From: Lama glama
Lineage: Eukaryota
Assembly (NCBI GenBank): GCA_028534125.1
Contig: CM052823.1
Location: 82,274,001-82,338,000, forward strand
Length of the DNA stretch: 64,000 nucleotides
Direction of reading: 5' to 3'
In this document: piece by piece, positions 51,330-64,000 of the stretch
How positions within the stretch are numbered: the first letter of the stretch is position 1
How the letters are laid out: every line of letters starts with the position of its first letter
Position numbers and translations under genes: made by a program
The notes under the pieces: generated by a model
The model's input: the letters and a program-made list of their open reading frames with translations, nothing else
Told to the model about the DNA's origin: nothing
Database searches by the model: none

Positions 51330-54100
51330 GACCTAAAAGACTTTCTTGATAATTGTGCTTTTAGAAAACACTGAAAGAACAGATTATTCAATAAATAGTG
51401 TGGACTTGCTATCCATGTGGGGGAAAATATAAAACCCCAAATCATGCATTTATACAAATAAATTTCCAGATGGATTCGCTTTTTAAACACAAAAAATAGA
51501 AGCATTTGACAAATAGCAGAGAAAAAATTTTTTAAATAAAGTCATAAAGGAAAGGATGAATATATTTGACTATGTAAAATTTCTGAATGCCAAAAAAAGA
51601 TTGAAATAAAATTAACTTTACTTAACCTTTATTCAACACATACTATGTGACAGAAACTAAGCTAAGTCTTCACATATATTGACTCCTTTCTTCCCACTAG
51701 TACTGTAAGACAACGATGGTATTAGTCAGGGTTCTCCAGAGAAACTAAACCAATGATGTGTGTGTGCACGCATGCACACGTGTGTGTGCATGCATGTGTA
51801 TGTACACTAAAAGGATTTATTATAAGGAATTGGCCCAAGGGGCTATGGATACCGAGAAGTTCCAAGATCTCCACATGGCAAGCTGGAGACCAAGGAGAGC
51901 TGACAGGTAATTCTAGTCCTGGTCCAAAGGCCTGAGAAATAATGAGAGCCAATGATGGACGTTCTAGTCCAAAGACCAGCAGGTTCAAGATCCAAGAAGA
52001 GCTGATGTTTCAGTCAAAGCCTGAAGGCCAGAGAAAAACAATGTCTCAGCTCATCAGTCAGGTGGGAGGGTTCCCTCTTAATCTTCTTGCTCTATGCAAG
52101 TCTTTACTGATTAGATGGGGCCCACCCACATTAGGGAGGGCAAACTGCCTTACACAGTCTACCCAGTCAAATGTGAATTTCATCCAAAAACACTTTCACA
52201 AACACACACAGAATAATATTTGACCAAATGCCTGGGCTTTATGGCCAGTCAAGTTGACACATAAAACTAACCATCACACTCATACTGTCTCTTTTTAGCA
52301 CACGAGGAAACTAGGCCTCAAGTTTTTTTCACCAGAATCACACAGCTAGCATGGTAGAGTCAAAGCTTACAACCAGTTCTATCTAAAACCAAAAGGGAAT
52401 AGACAAACTGAGGGAAATGTTGCAAAATAGGAGACAAAAGAAAAAATACTAATAGCAATCATGAGGTCTTTTACAAATTAATAATAATGATGATATATCA
52501 GACTTGGCAAACAAACACAATGAAACATACAGACGAAACAGACAATGACAGAGGAAAAGACTGTTAATAAGAAGAGATATGTTCAATCTCATTAATGATA
52601 AGTGCAAATTAAAACAATGAGACTTCATTACAGATGTCATATCTGATACCTAATATCATATCAGACTTAAAGACTGTAGAATGATCATACCCAGTGTGAG
52701 CTTGGAGTAAGGAAAATGACACACTCATATACTCTTAACAGGAAGGTAATCTATACAAAATTTCTAGGAAGGTCAGTTTAGAGGAATCTATCAAAATTTT
52801 AAACATAAGCTTTTTTTTGACACAGCAATCTCTTCTAGGTATTTCTCGTACAGAAATATGTTATATGTGCAGATATATTTATAAAAGTGTTCATTGCAGT
52901 AAGAATAACATATTATAAACAACTGAAATGCCTAGCAAGTAGGAGTTAGGTAAAATTATGAATATATTTCATATGATGAAATTCTAAGCAGCCATTAAAA
53001 GAACAAAATAGAGGGAAGATGTGCTCACTACTTTCTGAGTGGAGAAAAGCAGGCACGAAACCACATGCAGAGGATGGTCTTATTTTTATACAAATAAAGA
53101 AAGTTCACAGAGGAGTTTTTACAAAAAGATGTAGGTAATTGTTGATGTATATGGAAATTCAAAGGACTTAGAATAGCCAAAACAATTTTGACAAAGAAAA
53201 TCAAAGTTAAGGATTTACACTACCTGGTTTAAAAACTTACTATGAAGATGTATTAATCAAGATAACATGGCATTGCCATAAAGATGTTAACATAGGTCAA
53301 TGGAATTAGAGTTCATAGCTAGATCTAGATATATGAGGTAAACTGATTTTCAACAAAGATGCAAAGACAGTCTTATCAAAAAATAGTCCTGGAACAACTG
53401 GATATCTACATTGAAAGAAAAAAAAAATTCCTGAACTTCAATCCTAATATCAAACCATATACCATAGATATATCTGATAAAGGACTATGCTCTGGAATAT
53501 ATTACAAAAAACTCCTACAACTCAACAATAAGACATAACTAACCCAATTTAAACTTCTGAATATTTCACTAAAGAAATCATATGAAGAAGCGATAAACCT
53601 GTGATAGTATTCTTAAGATTATTAGTCATTAGGGAAATGCAAATTAAAACCATAAGATACCATTACACATTGTTAGAATGGTTACAATTTAAAAACTAAC
53701 CATTTTAAGTGTTGGTGAGGATATAGAGCAATTAGAATTCTTATACATTGCTGATTGGAATTAATATGTATAGCTACATTAAAAAAGGGTTTGGCATTTT
53801 CTTTTAAAGTTAAATACACATTTATCATACAGTCCAGAAATCCAACCTCTAGGTAGTTACCCAAGAGAAATACAAAGCATATGTCCACACAGAGACTTGC
53901 ATACAAATGTTCATAACTGCTTCATTCATAAAAGCCAAAAACTTGTAAGCATCCCAAATGCCCATCAATAGAAAAATGGACTGCTAATTCACGGTATGGC
54001 CATTGAATGGAATACTGATCAGAAATAACATGGCTAAGAACTACTGATTGGCATTAACAATATGCATGGATCAAAATCACCATGTTATGCCTCAAAAAAG
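51330..54100 (+). mobile_element. Mosaic of old L1M fragments carrying nested MIR and MLT2B insertions
   Basis: L1 ORF2/3'UTR motifs (caaataaatttccagatggatt; agaatagccaaaacaattttgacaaagaaa; attagggaaatgcaaattaaaacca). Confidence 0.8.
51718..52278 (-). mobile_element. MLT2B-type ERVL solo LTR inserted into a MIR
   Basis: attagtcagggttctccagagaaac...cccacccacattagggagggcaa...gtcaagttgacacataaaactaaccatcaca; MIR halves at ~51630-51715 and ~52280-52395. Confidence 0.92.
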
Positions 54101-54107
54101 TTTTTCT

Positions 54108-54365
54108 GGGGCTGGGCCAAGATGGTGGAGTAGCAGGATGCCTAGCTCACCCTCTCCCACAGAGACAGCCAAATCTACACCTACACAGGGAACAAATCAC
54201 GTAGAATATTTACTGAACTTTGGCAGGATATCTCTTACATTGGAAATACAAGGAAATCCTCACAAAACCAACAAACAATAAGTTTGTACTCTATAGCATA
54301 GGCAACTATATTCAATATCTTATGGTAACCTGTAATGAAAAAGAATATGAAAAGGAATATATATA

Positions 54366-54401
<36 letters not shown>

Positions 54402-54513
54402 CACATATATATATACACATATATATATGTATGTATATGTATGACTGAAACATTATGCTGAATACCAGAAATTGATACAAGAGTGTAAACTGATTCTATT
54501 TCAAAAAAAAAAA
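54108..54513 (+). mobile_element. L1 5' UTR start fused directly to an L1 3' UTR end with poly(A)
   Basis: ggggctgggcCAAGATGGtggagtagcaggatgcctagctcacc (L1 5' terminus-like) to ~54269, then aacaataagtttgtactctatagcataggcaactatattc...A11. Confidence 0.75.
54356..54443. repeat. Compound (TA)/(TG)/(CA) microsatellite
   Basis: Directly visible. Confidence 0.95.
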
Positions 54514-54529
54514 GTAAGCATCTGAAGAA

Positions 54530-55562
54530 AAAAATATTCAGGATTAAACAGTATATTGAACACAGCTGAAGAGAGAATTAGTGTACCGAAATATAGACCA
54601 GTGGGAATTACTCAGAATGCAACACAGAAACTAGGAGATGGAAAATATTAATAGCACTTAATGAGAAATGAAAGATAAAAATATCTGACATATGTCTAAT
54701 CAAAGCTGTGGAAGGATGCAATTAGGGAGAATGAAAAGCTGCAGTAGAGATAATGGTTCAGAATTTTGCAGAATGGTTAAAAGATATAAATCCACAGATA
54801 TAAGAAGCACAACTGCTAAACCAAACATAACAATCAGATTAAATAATCCCTGACATATTGTGGTGAGAATTCTGAACACTGAAGACAAAACAAAAAAAAG
54901 GACCTTATAAGCGGTGAGAGAAAAAACAAGCACCTCCCTCAGAGTATGCTTGGATAAGCAGCAGCAATGGAAGCCAGGAAATGTGAATTATGATCTCTTT
55001 AAAGCTGAGCCAAAAAAAAAAAAAAAAAGTCAGCATATAATCATGCACCCAGCAAATTTATCTAAGTTTTGAAACTATGCTTATCTTTTTGACAATGAAG
55101 GCAAATTAAACATATTTTTCTGATTTTTCAAAACAGAAACAAAACTGGAGAGAATTTATCAACAAACTTTCACTGAAGAAATTTCTAAAAGATTTTCTTT
55201 AGAGAGAAGGAAAATAATCTGAGAAGAAAGGGTCTGGGATTGTGAGAAGGAAAGATGATCAAAGAAATTGGTAAGCTGTACAACTATTTATCTGTATAAA
55301 AGTAATCCTGTTAATTAATGGGCTTAAAAGAGCATCTAAACTTCTGTGCAACAATATCACATCTGTTGAAAGGTAGTAATCTGATCAAAGTATTCTTGTA
55401 TTATTATGGAAAATGGTTAAAATATTAATTAATTTTAGACTTCAGAATACATGATAAGATTTTGAGGACAACTAATACAAGAATAGAAGTAGCATGTGTA
55501 ACTTCCAAATATGAGAGAAAACAATGAGATAAGAAAACAAATCAACTAAATCAACCCAGAAA
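54530..55562 (+). mobile_element. Old L1/HAL1-type ORF1 and downstream remnant
   Basis: acagctgaagagagaattagtg...cccagcaaatttatct...aatgaaggcaaattaaacatatttttctga; degenerate ORF1 motifs. Confidence 0.75.
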
Positions 55563-56053
55563 GGTATGAAAATGAGAGGCCAGATCATTCAGGGCCTTAT
55601 AGGCCATGGGAAGGCTGTGGATTTTGATCCAAGTGCAGAATTCTGCTGGCATTACGGACAGTCTAAGATAGTGTGAGATACGTTTACTCCCAGTGTCCAA
55701 GATGCTTACTCTCTGATGGAAGGCACTTTCCATTCAGCTTGGTGTTTCACAGTGGTTGACTGTAGTTCATTGGGGCAGTGGCTTCAAGCCTAACATCCAG
55801 TCTGCTTACTTATGCTCTGCAAATCCAGTGACTCAGCTCCTCACTGCCAGTCTGTAATCTTCGAGACTATGATAGCACATGCAGTGTGCAGGACGATACA
55901 TGTAGAGAAACACTTTAAAACTAGAAAGCCAACTCCTTATCAGGGCAATTAAGATCCTCCAAAGTGTAAAAAAAAAAAAAAAAAGGCAGTCCAAATGCAT
56001 TTAAAATATGTTTCTTATCCACCACATGCATATAGGACCCAGGCAGGTTACTA

Positions 56054-56553
56054 NNNNNNNNNNNNNNNNNNNNNNNNNNNNNNNNNNNNNNNNNNNNNNN
56101 NNNNNNNNNNNNNNNNNNNNNNNNNNNNNNNNNNNNNNNNNNNNNNNNNNNNNNNNNNNNNNNNNNNNNNNNNNNNNNNNNNNNNNNNNNNNNNNNNNNN
56201 NNNNNNNNNNNNNNNNNNNNNNNNNNNNNNNNNNNNNNNNNNNNNNNNNNNNNNNNNNNNNNNNNNNNNNNNNNNNNNNNNNNNNNNNNNNNNNNNNNNN
56301 NNNNNNNNNNNNNNNNNNNNNNNNNNNNNNNNNNNNNNNNNNNNNNNNNNNNNNNNNNNNNNNNNNNNNNNNNNNNNNNNNNNNNNNNNNNNNNNNNNNN
56401 NNNNNNNNNNNNNNNNNNNNNNNNNNNNNNNNNNNNNNNNNNNNNNNNNNNNNNNNNNNNNNNNNNNNNNNNNNNNNNNNNNNNNNNNNNNNNNNNNNNN
56501 NNNNNNNNNNNNNNNNNNNNNNNNNNNNNNNNNNNNNNNNNNNNNNNNNNNNN
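56054..56553. other. Scaffold gap, exactly 500 N
   Basis: Fixed size. Confidence 0.9.
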
Positions 56554-56916
56554 CTGCCATGAGGAGATTATCCTGGGTTATAAAGGTGGGCCCCACACGC
56601 GATTACATGTAGCCTTGTAAGAGGGAGGCAGAGGGAGACTCGACAGACAAGAGGAAAAGGCAATGTGATGACGGGGGCAGAAGAGATGGATGCATCATGA
56701 GCCAAGGAATCAGCAGCCACCAGAAGCCGGGAGAGGCAAGAACAGATTCCCCTCCAGAGCCTCGAGGGAGTACTGCCCTACTGATAACCCTGATTTCAGC
56801 CCAGAGGTACTGACCCCAGACTTGCAGCCTCCAGAACCATGAGGGAATACATTTCTGCTGTTTTTAGCCACCAAGTTTGTGGAAATTTGTTAGAGCGGCC
56901 ACAAGAGACTGATACA
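56554..56916 (+). mobile_element. MLT1C/D-type MaLR LTR (5' end in gap)
   Basis: ggagattatcctgggttat...agaggcaagaacagattcccctccagagcctc...gcctccagaaccatgag...agactgataca. Confidence 0.88.
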
Positions 56917-59514
56917 GAGAGTTATTACCCAAGTAGTGTGCTGGAAATTTCAGGTGCAGTACACACAAATGAGCACCTTGTCCATGACAGCTCAGAGGTA
57001 GCAGAAAGACTAAAACAGCACTCCAAAGCCAAGCAAAGACAGGAACACCCCAAGATTCAAAGCAACCTAAAGCAAATCCAATATTATATTATTAACCTAC
57101 ATTAATACCCAGCAAACTCAGGGATAGGTACAGATTTCAACCAACAGGAATGTATTCTTTATTTGAGAATTTCCGATTTAAATCAGTCTTCTCTGCCCCC
57201 ATATTGTAAAGCCATATGATAACCACGCTAGCATCCAGGACAGAATCATTTCGCCACAAACCCTTCTTGAAGGCCTCTTCACTGTTTCAGGCTGTGTGTT
57301 TAGTGGGAAAGTGCAGTAGTCAAATGTCACAATAGGAGTTCAGATCATCAATGTATTACCACTCCCTTCGACTACCCTCCCTCCTGATATATTTAGCATC
57401 TTCCTTACTTCATATAAATCCAATATAGCAGTAGCCTCTACCACTGCTCTTTAAGGCACACACATATATTGGAACTCACAATAAATTCTCCTTTAGAAAA
57501 AGGCATCATGGATTACACGGTAATGCGGATCTACCACAGGTGGCCCCACCGTGTATGATGCCGTACGTCAACCAAGTCACCATTCCATTACACTTCACTG
57601 TACGTATAGCAGATATCTTTACCACATGCCTCTTTACTTTAGTTAATGCAATATTGCATCAGGGGAGCCAGAAGACATACAACGTTTTAAGTGAAGGTTA
57701 AGCAAGTCTCTGGCACTGTACTATGTAGTATACATTAAAACGGTAGAAAAGATGATTCCTTGCTCAGAGGACACTTAGCATCTGCTTGAGGAGAAAAAAT
57801 TCCACACAGCAACTGGAAAACGATAGGAAAGGATACCTGGTGACATGCTAACACCACTCTGGTACTTCATTTTACTTCTTACACAAACGAAGGCAGCTTG
57901 AATACAAGGACTACATTCAATTTCTTTAGGACTGTGAAAGCTCAACTGGTTTTGTTCATTTTTCAACTTGATGCCAATTTATTATTTAATATAATGAAAA
58001 ATATGCCTGCCATATATACTGACTAGGACATGACTAGGACACTTCCGTTGCTTTGTCTGCCCTGTACTTGACCTGGGAGAAGAGGGCTACTCGGAAAGCC
58101 AAGTTATGTTTGGATGCTTGCTTGGGGAGCACGAACTCAGTGCCAGGGGAGTTATGCAGATGATAGAAAAGTTTAATGGTGTCAACCAGGACAGTCCTTC
58201 CAGACAGCTCTCTGAGGATGGCTCATGGGACCTTACAGAAGCACAGAAAACCAGCTTTTGTGAAGTTGCACCCACCACCCCAACCTGAGAAGGCAAATTT
58301 GAATCAGTAAAGCTTTGTCCTCTCCAGCGCTGCTAGCCACAGATTCGCATTCTAGGTAATGCAGGTGCTTTTCGGAGCTTACCTAGGAATCAAGCAAGTC
58401 ATACAACGCAATCTTAAAACACAGATCTGGAAAGAAGCATGTCTGCTTATAATGGTACCAGCCAGAAACCATTTTTTCCAGAAGCCTTTCCAATCCAGGT
58501 CTAAGTTACCTTCACACCTGCTTGTTCGCAGCACAATTTAGCCCAAATGGTGGAGAGCAGTGCATGTGCCTCTGGAACACGGCATTATTTATTAACAATC
58601 TGCCTCACTCACATCTGTGAGACATGGAAGCTCACCAATGGTTTATAAGACCATCGGTTTTAAATAACACCATCCATCACAAAAGGGAAAGGAGTGATCA
58701 ACATCCCTTCAACTGCAATGCATTACACAAGGGTCAGCAAGTGGGAGTCACGGTTGGCGACACAATTGCTGGCCTCAGGTAGCAAATTCATCCTTCCAGC
58801 TGTTCTGATCCATATGGGTTCAATGAACCACAGAGAGGGAGTGCAGCCTCTTCTTATTGGGAGTATCTGCTGTAACTCTTCCATCCAAACCCTATCATAA
58901 AACAACTGTAAGGTAAGCTGACATCCATTTATCTAAACTTTATCTGGTAGCCAACTTGCTGATGAAGAGGAAAACACGCACATTAATGAGCAGACAGATG
59001 TAAGAGGGAAATGAAGGTGTTCTTATCTTGAAGAAACCAAAGATTTAAAATGTAGGAAAAAATTGAAATTATTTAATCATCAAGTCAAAGCCAGATGGAA
59101 AGCCACCAGTGCTATTTTTTTGCTGTTAAGCAAATTTCAGGGACAATATCAAATATCCTGGACAGTCCTGACACACAATTTCTTACACATCCAACTTTTA
59201 GGATAATATCCCACAACCTTTCAGTTATCAAAAATCAAGATTCTCACTTTAGTTTCTAGGGCCTGGATATGGATTTCAAAATAGTATACTTAGTACATTT
59301 TCTTCTTGCATTTTGAGTCCCAATTTTAATTTTGCCCTCCAACCAGCAAATTTTTCACTCCCCACATTCCCCACTGGTATTTGACTTACAGCTTATATAC
59401 AAATGTAAGATATAAGATGGTGTATAAGAGGATCCGGAGTGCTCCCTTAACACCTTGGACTTTCACATTCTTCACTTATACAACGGGATCACAGTAACTG
59501 TCCTCCTCTCCCCA

Positions 59515-59735
59515 CAGTGGTTCTCAACCAGGGATGAATTCCACCTCCCAGGGGATATGTGATAATATCTGAAGATATTTTCAGTCGTCACAGCTTAGGA
59601 GAAAGGAGTGCTGATGGTGTCTAGCCGGCGGAGGCAAGGGCCACTACTAAGAGTTCCTCATTGTACAAGACAGCACCTAATAACAAAGAATGGTCCAGGC
59701 CAAAATGTCAATAATGCTGAGGGTGAGAAATTCTG
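59515..59735 (+). mobile_element. MER20 hAT-Charlie DNA transposon (inserted in a MIR)
   Basis: cagtggttctcaacc...ggccaaaatgtcaataatgctgagggtgagaaattctg, about 220 bp. Confidence 0.92.
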
Positions 59736-59791
59736 CTTTAGTATCATGGTGTTATCGTAGAGATCAGATGCTTAGAGAAAGACTTTATAAG

Positions 59792-59815
59792 TAATAATAA
59801 TAATAATAATAATAA
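59792..59815. repeat. (TAA)n microsatellite
   Basis: Directly visible. Confidence 0.9.
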
Positions 59816-60340
59816 ACCTTAATTTTAGCTTGTCCTTATTTTACAACACAAATGAAATTCTCAGCAATGAATCATAAAGTAAGTGTGAGGGACCAATAAT
59901 TGCCAAAGGAATAAAAACCATCATTGAAAGGTGTAAGCCTAGAATTGGGGCGAGGCAGAGGCTGTGCTCATCACATCACTAAAAGCTCGGACATGAGCCT
60001 GGGTCACCAAGATCACACTGCTCTCTCCACCCTGAACTTGGGCGGACCATCTGTTGGCTTCTGGCATGAGACCCTCTGGGAGGCTGGTGGATGTGCTCTG
60101 AAGCAAAGTCAGCGGGGTCACATTCATCTCTACTAGGCTGAGCAAGCAGAGTATAAAACACAAGCCAGCTGCTCAATCTTGAGTAATCAGGTTCTCCAAG
60201 AAGGGGTCTCTTAGGAGGAAAGGATGCTGGTGAGGTCATTCTGGGGGAGAGATTAACTAGACAGAGTATGTAGCAGAGAGGGACACGTCAGTGGGAGAGA
60301 GGATGCACAAAATTGGCATCATCCCTAAAGCATCTCCCTT

Positions 60341-60815
60341 TGGTGGCAGACCACACCATGGCCTGTGTATTCTCAGAACCATTCCTCACCCTTCCCTGCT
60401 CTCCTTTGGAAGGTAGTGCAGGCAGGTTTCCCTGTGCTCCCGTGTCAGCTGGTGTTCTGCAGGGTTTTCCACTGAGCAATGAGAGCCAGGAGGAAGGGAG
60501 AACTAGGAGTATCTCTCCTTCCCTTCTCTGCCTCTGGTGCCTCCCTGGCAATGGCTGCATCACCCTCTTGGTGTCAGTGTCCTTTGTGGTTTCAGATCTA
60601 CCAGGCACTCCCAGGTCCTGAGCTGTGGTAGGTATTACCACTTCCTCCTTTCACCCCTCGAGTCTAGAGGTGTGGCTTCCTGCTGCTGCTAACCCTTGGG
60701 TTGCCTTCAACTCCTCCTTTTATCTTCTAGACTGTTCTGGCACCTGTGTCACCAATTCCCTGCAGTAAGTTCCCTCTGATTTTAGTAGAGTGGCTCCTCT
60801 TTCCTGGCTGGATTT
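60341..60815 (+). mobile_element. LTR33-like ERVL solo LTR
   Basis: ggagtatctctccttcccttctctgcctctgg...ggcaatggctgcatc...tctagaggtgtggcttcctgctgctgctaa...tgtcaccaattccctgc. Confidence 0.75.
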
Positions 60816-61329
60816 TAAGTGCTATGTTCAGGGTAGAAAGTTGGGCATGGCAGCGTGACAGCTGGAGCTCACGCAGGTAAGCAGGCAAAACAAGAGTATG
60901 GCAACAATAGCAGACAGAGAAGCTGACATTTACCTGCCAACAAATACTTGTTAAGCCCCCACTACGTGTTGGGAATTGTGCTGGGTATGGGAATTGCTGT
61001 GAGCAAAAACATACACCACTTCCAGTCTCCAACGAATAATAACATAAGTAACTGTACAATTATTATATAATACTGAGTTGCTCTAATTGTGATTTTTTTT
61101 TATATTCAAGAATTTCTGTAACTGAAATAAACACAAGAAAACAACACAAGTTCTTCCATTAAAGAGCTGAGCTGAGGTGGATTCAGCCTAGTAACATGTT
61201 GAAGAGAGAAGCTACAACTCTCCAGGTTTATCATTTCTAATATGAACATCACTAAGCTGCTTTTCTAAACCCCCAAACAGCCAACCCAGCTACCTTCTAC
61301 TCCTTAGAGTGATGCTGGGGGAGCAATGT

Positions 61330-61437
61330 ATTTTTTTTATTGAACTATAGTCAGTTACCAATGTTGTGTCAATTTCTGGTGTACAGCATAATGTTTCTGT
61401 CATACACATACATACATATATTCATTTTCATATTCGG
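61330..61437 (-). mobile_element. Short L1 3' end
   Basis: ttttttttattgaactatagtcagttaccaatgttgtgtcaatttctggtgtacagcataatg. Confidence 0.88.
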
Positions 61438-64000
61438 ATTTTTAAAAAGAGTCTTTTCCAGTTTAAAGTCCTACATCAGAGTCAAGAAAAATTAACAGAT
61501 CTTTGATGAGAGGTTTCCCGGATGACCAAGTGATCCTGTTAGCCAACCAGTTACACAGGAATATTTACATAAAGAAAGAGAAAGCAGTTTTAAGGATGCT
61601 CTAATGACTCAAGACATGAAATACATTCATTCTGGGAGCTGTTTGAAGGAGAGAGTGAAACATAAATATAACGAAAAAACTAAATTGTTAAGCCAACGGA
61701 AGAGACTCAAAATGAAAGTCTATTCATACATATTTGCAAGACCCTCCCCTTGAAATCAACAGGCACTACATGTACAGCTAAGCACATTGTATTTACATAT
61801 TTCTTCCATTTCTGATTTGAAGTAATTTTTGTACAACAATAGAATAGAATAGATTTTTGTAGATTAGTCACTGTTTTTATCTAAGTTGTTCTAATCTGTT
61901 TCATGAAACCCACAGTGGTCCCATTAAGGTTTAATTGCTTCTTAAAAAGTGATACTGAGGCACTCGTAAAGTGAGTTGTCCCCAAATTATCTTATAAATC
62001 AGTGGCTGATTAAGAAATACAGATTTTTTATTTCTACAAAATGTTACTCTTCAAAGATGCAAGAATGATCAAATTTCCTCTGTGTAATAACACCTTCGAG
62101 CTTAACCGCACAAAACTTCTTCACTAAGACTCCTTTTCTAGAGATATACACAAAATACAATTCTTAGGAAAAGGAAAATAAAACCTTTGGTGTGGTACAG
62201 CTTCCACTAAAAATGTAACTTCTTTAGACAGAAATAGTGAAGATCAGTAGCTGGTTAGCAGCTGAATAATTACATTAAATATATTCACCTCAGTGAAGAC
62301 TGTAAACAAAGAGATATGAACTAATTTTTTCACAAGTACCCTGCTGTGATACCAGCTGATCAGGTTTAATAACAACCAGCATTTCTACTAATTTTGCAAG
62401 AAAGATATGTTGGGGATAATTCCATCTTCTAGAGCGAGTGTAAATAATCTCTTCAGCAGCGAGATTACAATGACACCATGTAGCATAACGACTAGCGATC
62501 AACTCAGAATTTTTAGAGCTGTAGTATTTGCGAATTAAAGGATTACTGTTAACTTCAGTAAATACAGAAAATAAACTTGATTAGCAGAATGCATTAATAC
62601 CAAATCAGCTTTGCCCATAACGTGTTCCCTGGTACATCCCAAGGTGTCTGTCTCACTCTCTTTCTCAAGAGAACCCCAAAGGAAAACACTTGTCATTCTA
62701 ATTGTATTATTTTAATATTCATCTTGTAAACAATGAAATGTTTTTGCATGAAGGTAAAAATTCAGGTTGCTTTTTAAATAAACCCCCAAGGAAATGGGGA
62801 ATCAGAAAATCTAGTTTATTTTCTAACTGATAAAGGAGAACACCAGAGGAACCACAGGCATTATGACATTATGATTTTCTTTTTATTGTTTATATACACT
62901 TATGTAAAAGGAGAAGGCTCTGCAATTACTCCTCTTGGTAATGTACAAACCCTGAAAGGCATTTTCACATAGCATAAATACACTATAGATAAAAGAAAAA
63001 ATCTGAATTTTTTAAAGTTCAGCCTTTTGAATGTATATACTTAATTATACTAGTTTCATGGTTTAGAAACAAAAATGGGGCCAGAAATGCATAGGTATCT
63101 CAATAGCCAAAAACATGGTGCAACCAGTAAAATGCAAACAAGAATGAAGAACCAACAAAGTATTAGAAGGAATCTAGTCACCCATTCCCATAGGTGCTTT
63201 GCAATTTCACAATCATGGTCATACCCTCTACTGATGATGCCATGCTTAACTATCAGGATATAATAAAGTGCAACATAATAGAGGAATTACCAAGTTATGA
63301 TATTTAAAAATGTATCTAAAGGTGAAGATAATATGATAATAAGATATAATAATATTCCAGGAGAGTTTATTCCTATTCAGGGATAATGAAATACATAAGG
63401 AAAAGTTTTTCTCTCTGGCAAATGAGAATGAAAGTAATTATTTTTGCAAAGTACTTCACACACAAGAGGAAGGAAATATTTGAACATATTTAATTTAATA
63501 TGTTTCTAATTCCTCAAACTCCTGCCTCTTAAGTTAGTCTTCAAAACCTCTGCAAAGCACAGAAACTCAATTTATTACAAAGGATTAGACTAATTCAAGA
63601 AAAGAAAATCACAAATGTTTACTGCCTATTTAGACAGAGCTTATAAGGATAGAATTTTATTCCTAAGAGGTACTGAATGTTCTCTGTTGAAGTGGGAGGT
63701 ACACATTCTGATACCAGCCATATACAGATATTTCTTATTCTCATTGTGTACTAAATTTTGATTTTGATAAAAGATTCACTCACATTTTATATGAAGTCAC
63801 TGACGATTTATCATATAAAAATTTTAAGTTGTCAAATACTGAGTATGCCATTTAAATGGTCACTTGTGCAATTCCTAAAGTTCAATTGGTAATTAGGAAG
63901 AAAAAAGTTTTTAGTAAGAGTTTAAGTGAGCAGGAAGGCAGTGTATTTTCTAGGAAACATAATCTCAAGCACCCCAATACTATGTATTTCCTTAGAATAA

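Noticed and set aside
57532-57547. CTCF-like motif ACCACAGGTGGC
   Set aside because: Three mismatches in the 5' half of the core; too weak
62290-62545. Minus-strand open frame of ~84 codons after a possible acceptor
   Set aside because: No recognisable protein similarity and a weak pyrimidine tract; not supportable as an exon

Overview
Mammalian non-coding DNA, most likely from a camelid, based on a tRNA-derived Vic-1-type SINE at 39177-39357 and artiodactyl-type L1 3' ends. I found no credible protein-coding exon, rRNA, true tRNA or CRISPR array. The ORF track consists of short chance ORFs, repeat-derived ORFs or read-throughs of N runs. The window looks like a gene desert or large intron, dense in old repeats (MIR, L2, CR1/L3, MaLR/ERVL LTRs, hAT DNA transposons) with younger L1, SINE and ERV1 insertions. 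Repeat-poor blocks resembling conserved non-coding enhancers lie near 13.6-15.6, 17.9, 29.9-31.1 and 43.3-44.5 kb. The N runs fall into two classes: two 500-N scaffold gaps, and eight variable-length runs that look like hard masking (three preserve the expected L1 length; five sit in the enhancer-like blocks). The most interesting items are a 121-bp TSD-flanked retroposed insert of unknown origin with H/ACA-like boxes, a ~400-bp L1 5'UTR-3'UTR fusion, a twin-primed L1, a full-length ancient MaLR provirus, an AP-1 motif cluster and a CpG-rich hairpin. I cannot support a novel biological system. Repeat family names come from recalled consensus sequences, not a database search, and most repeat boundaries are approximate.
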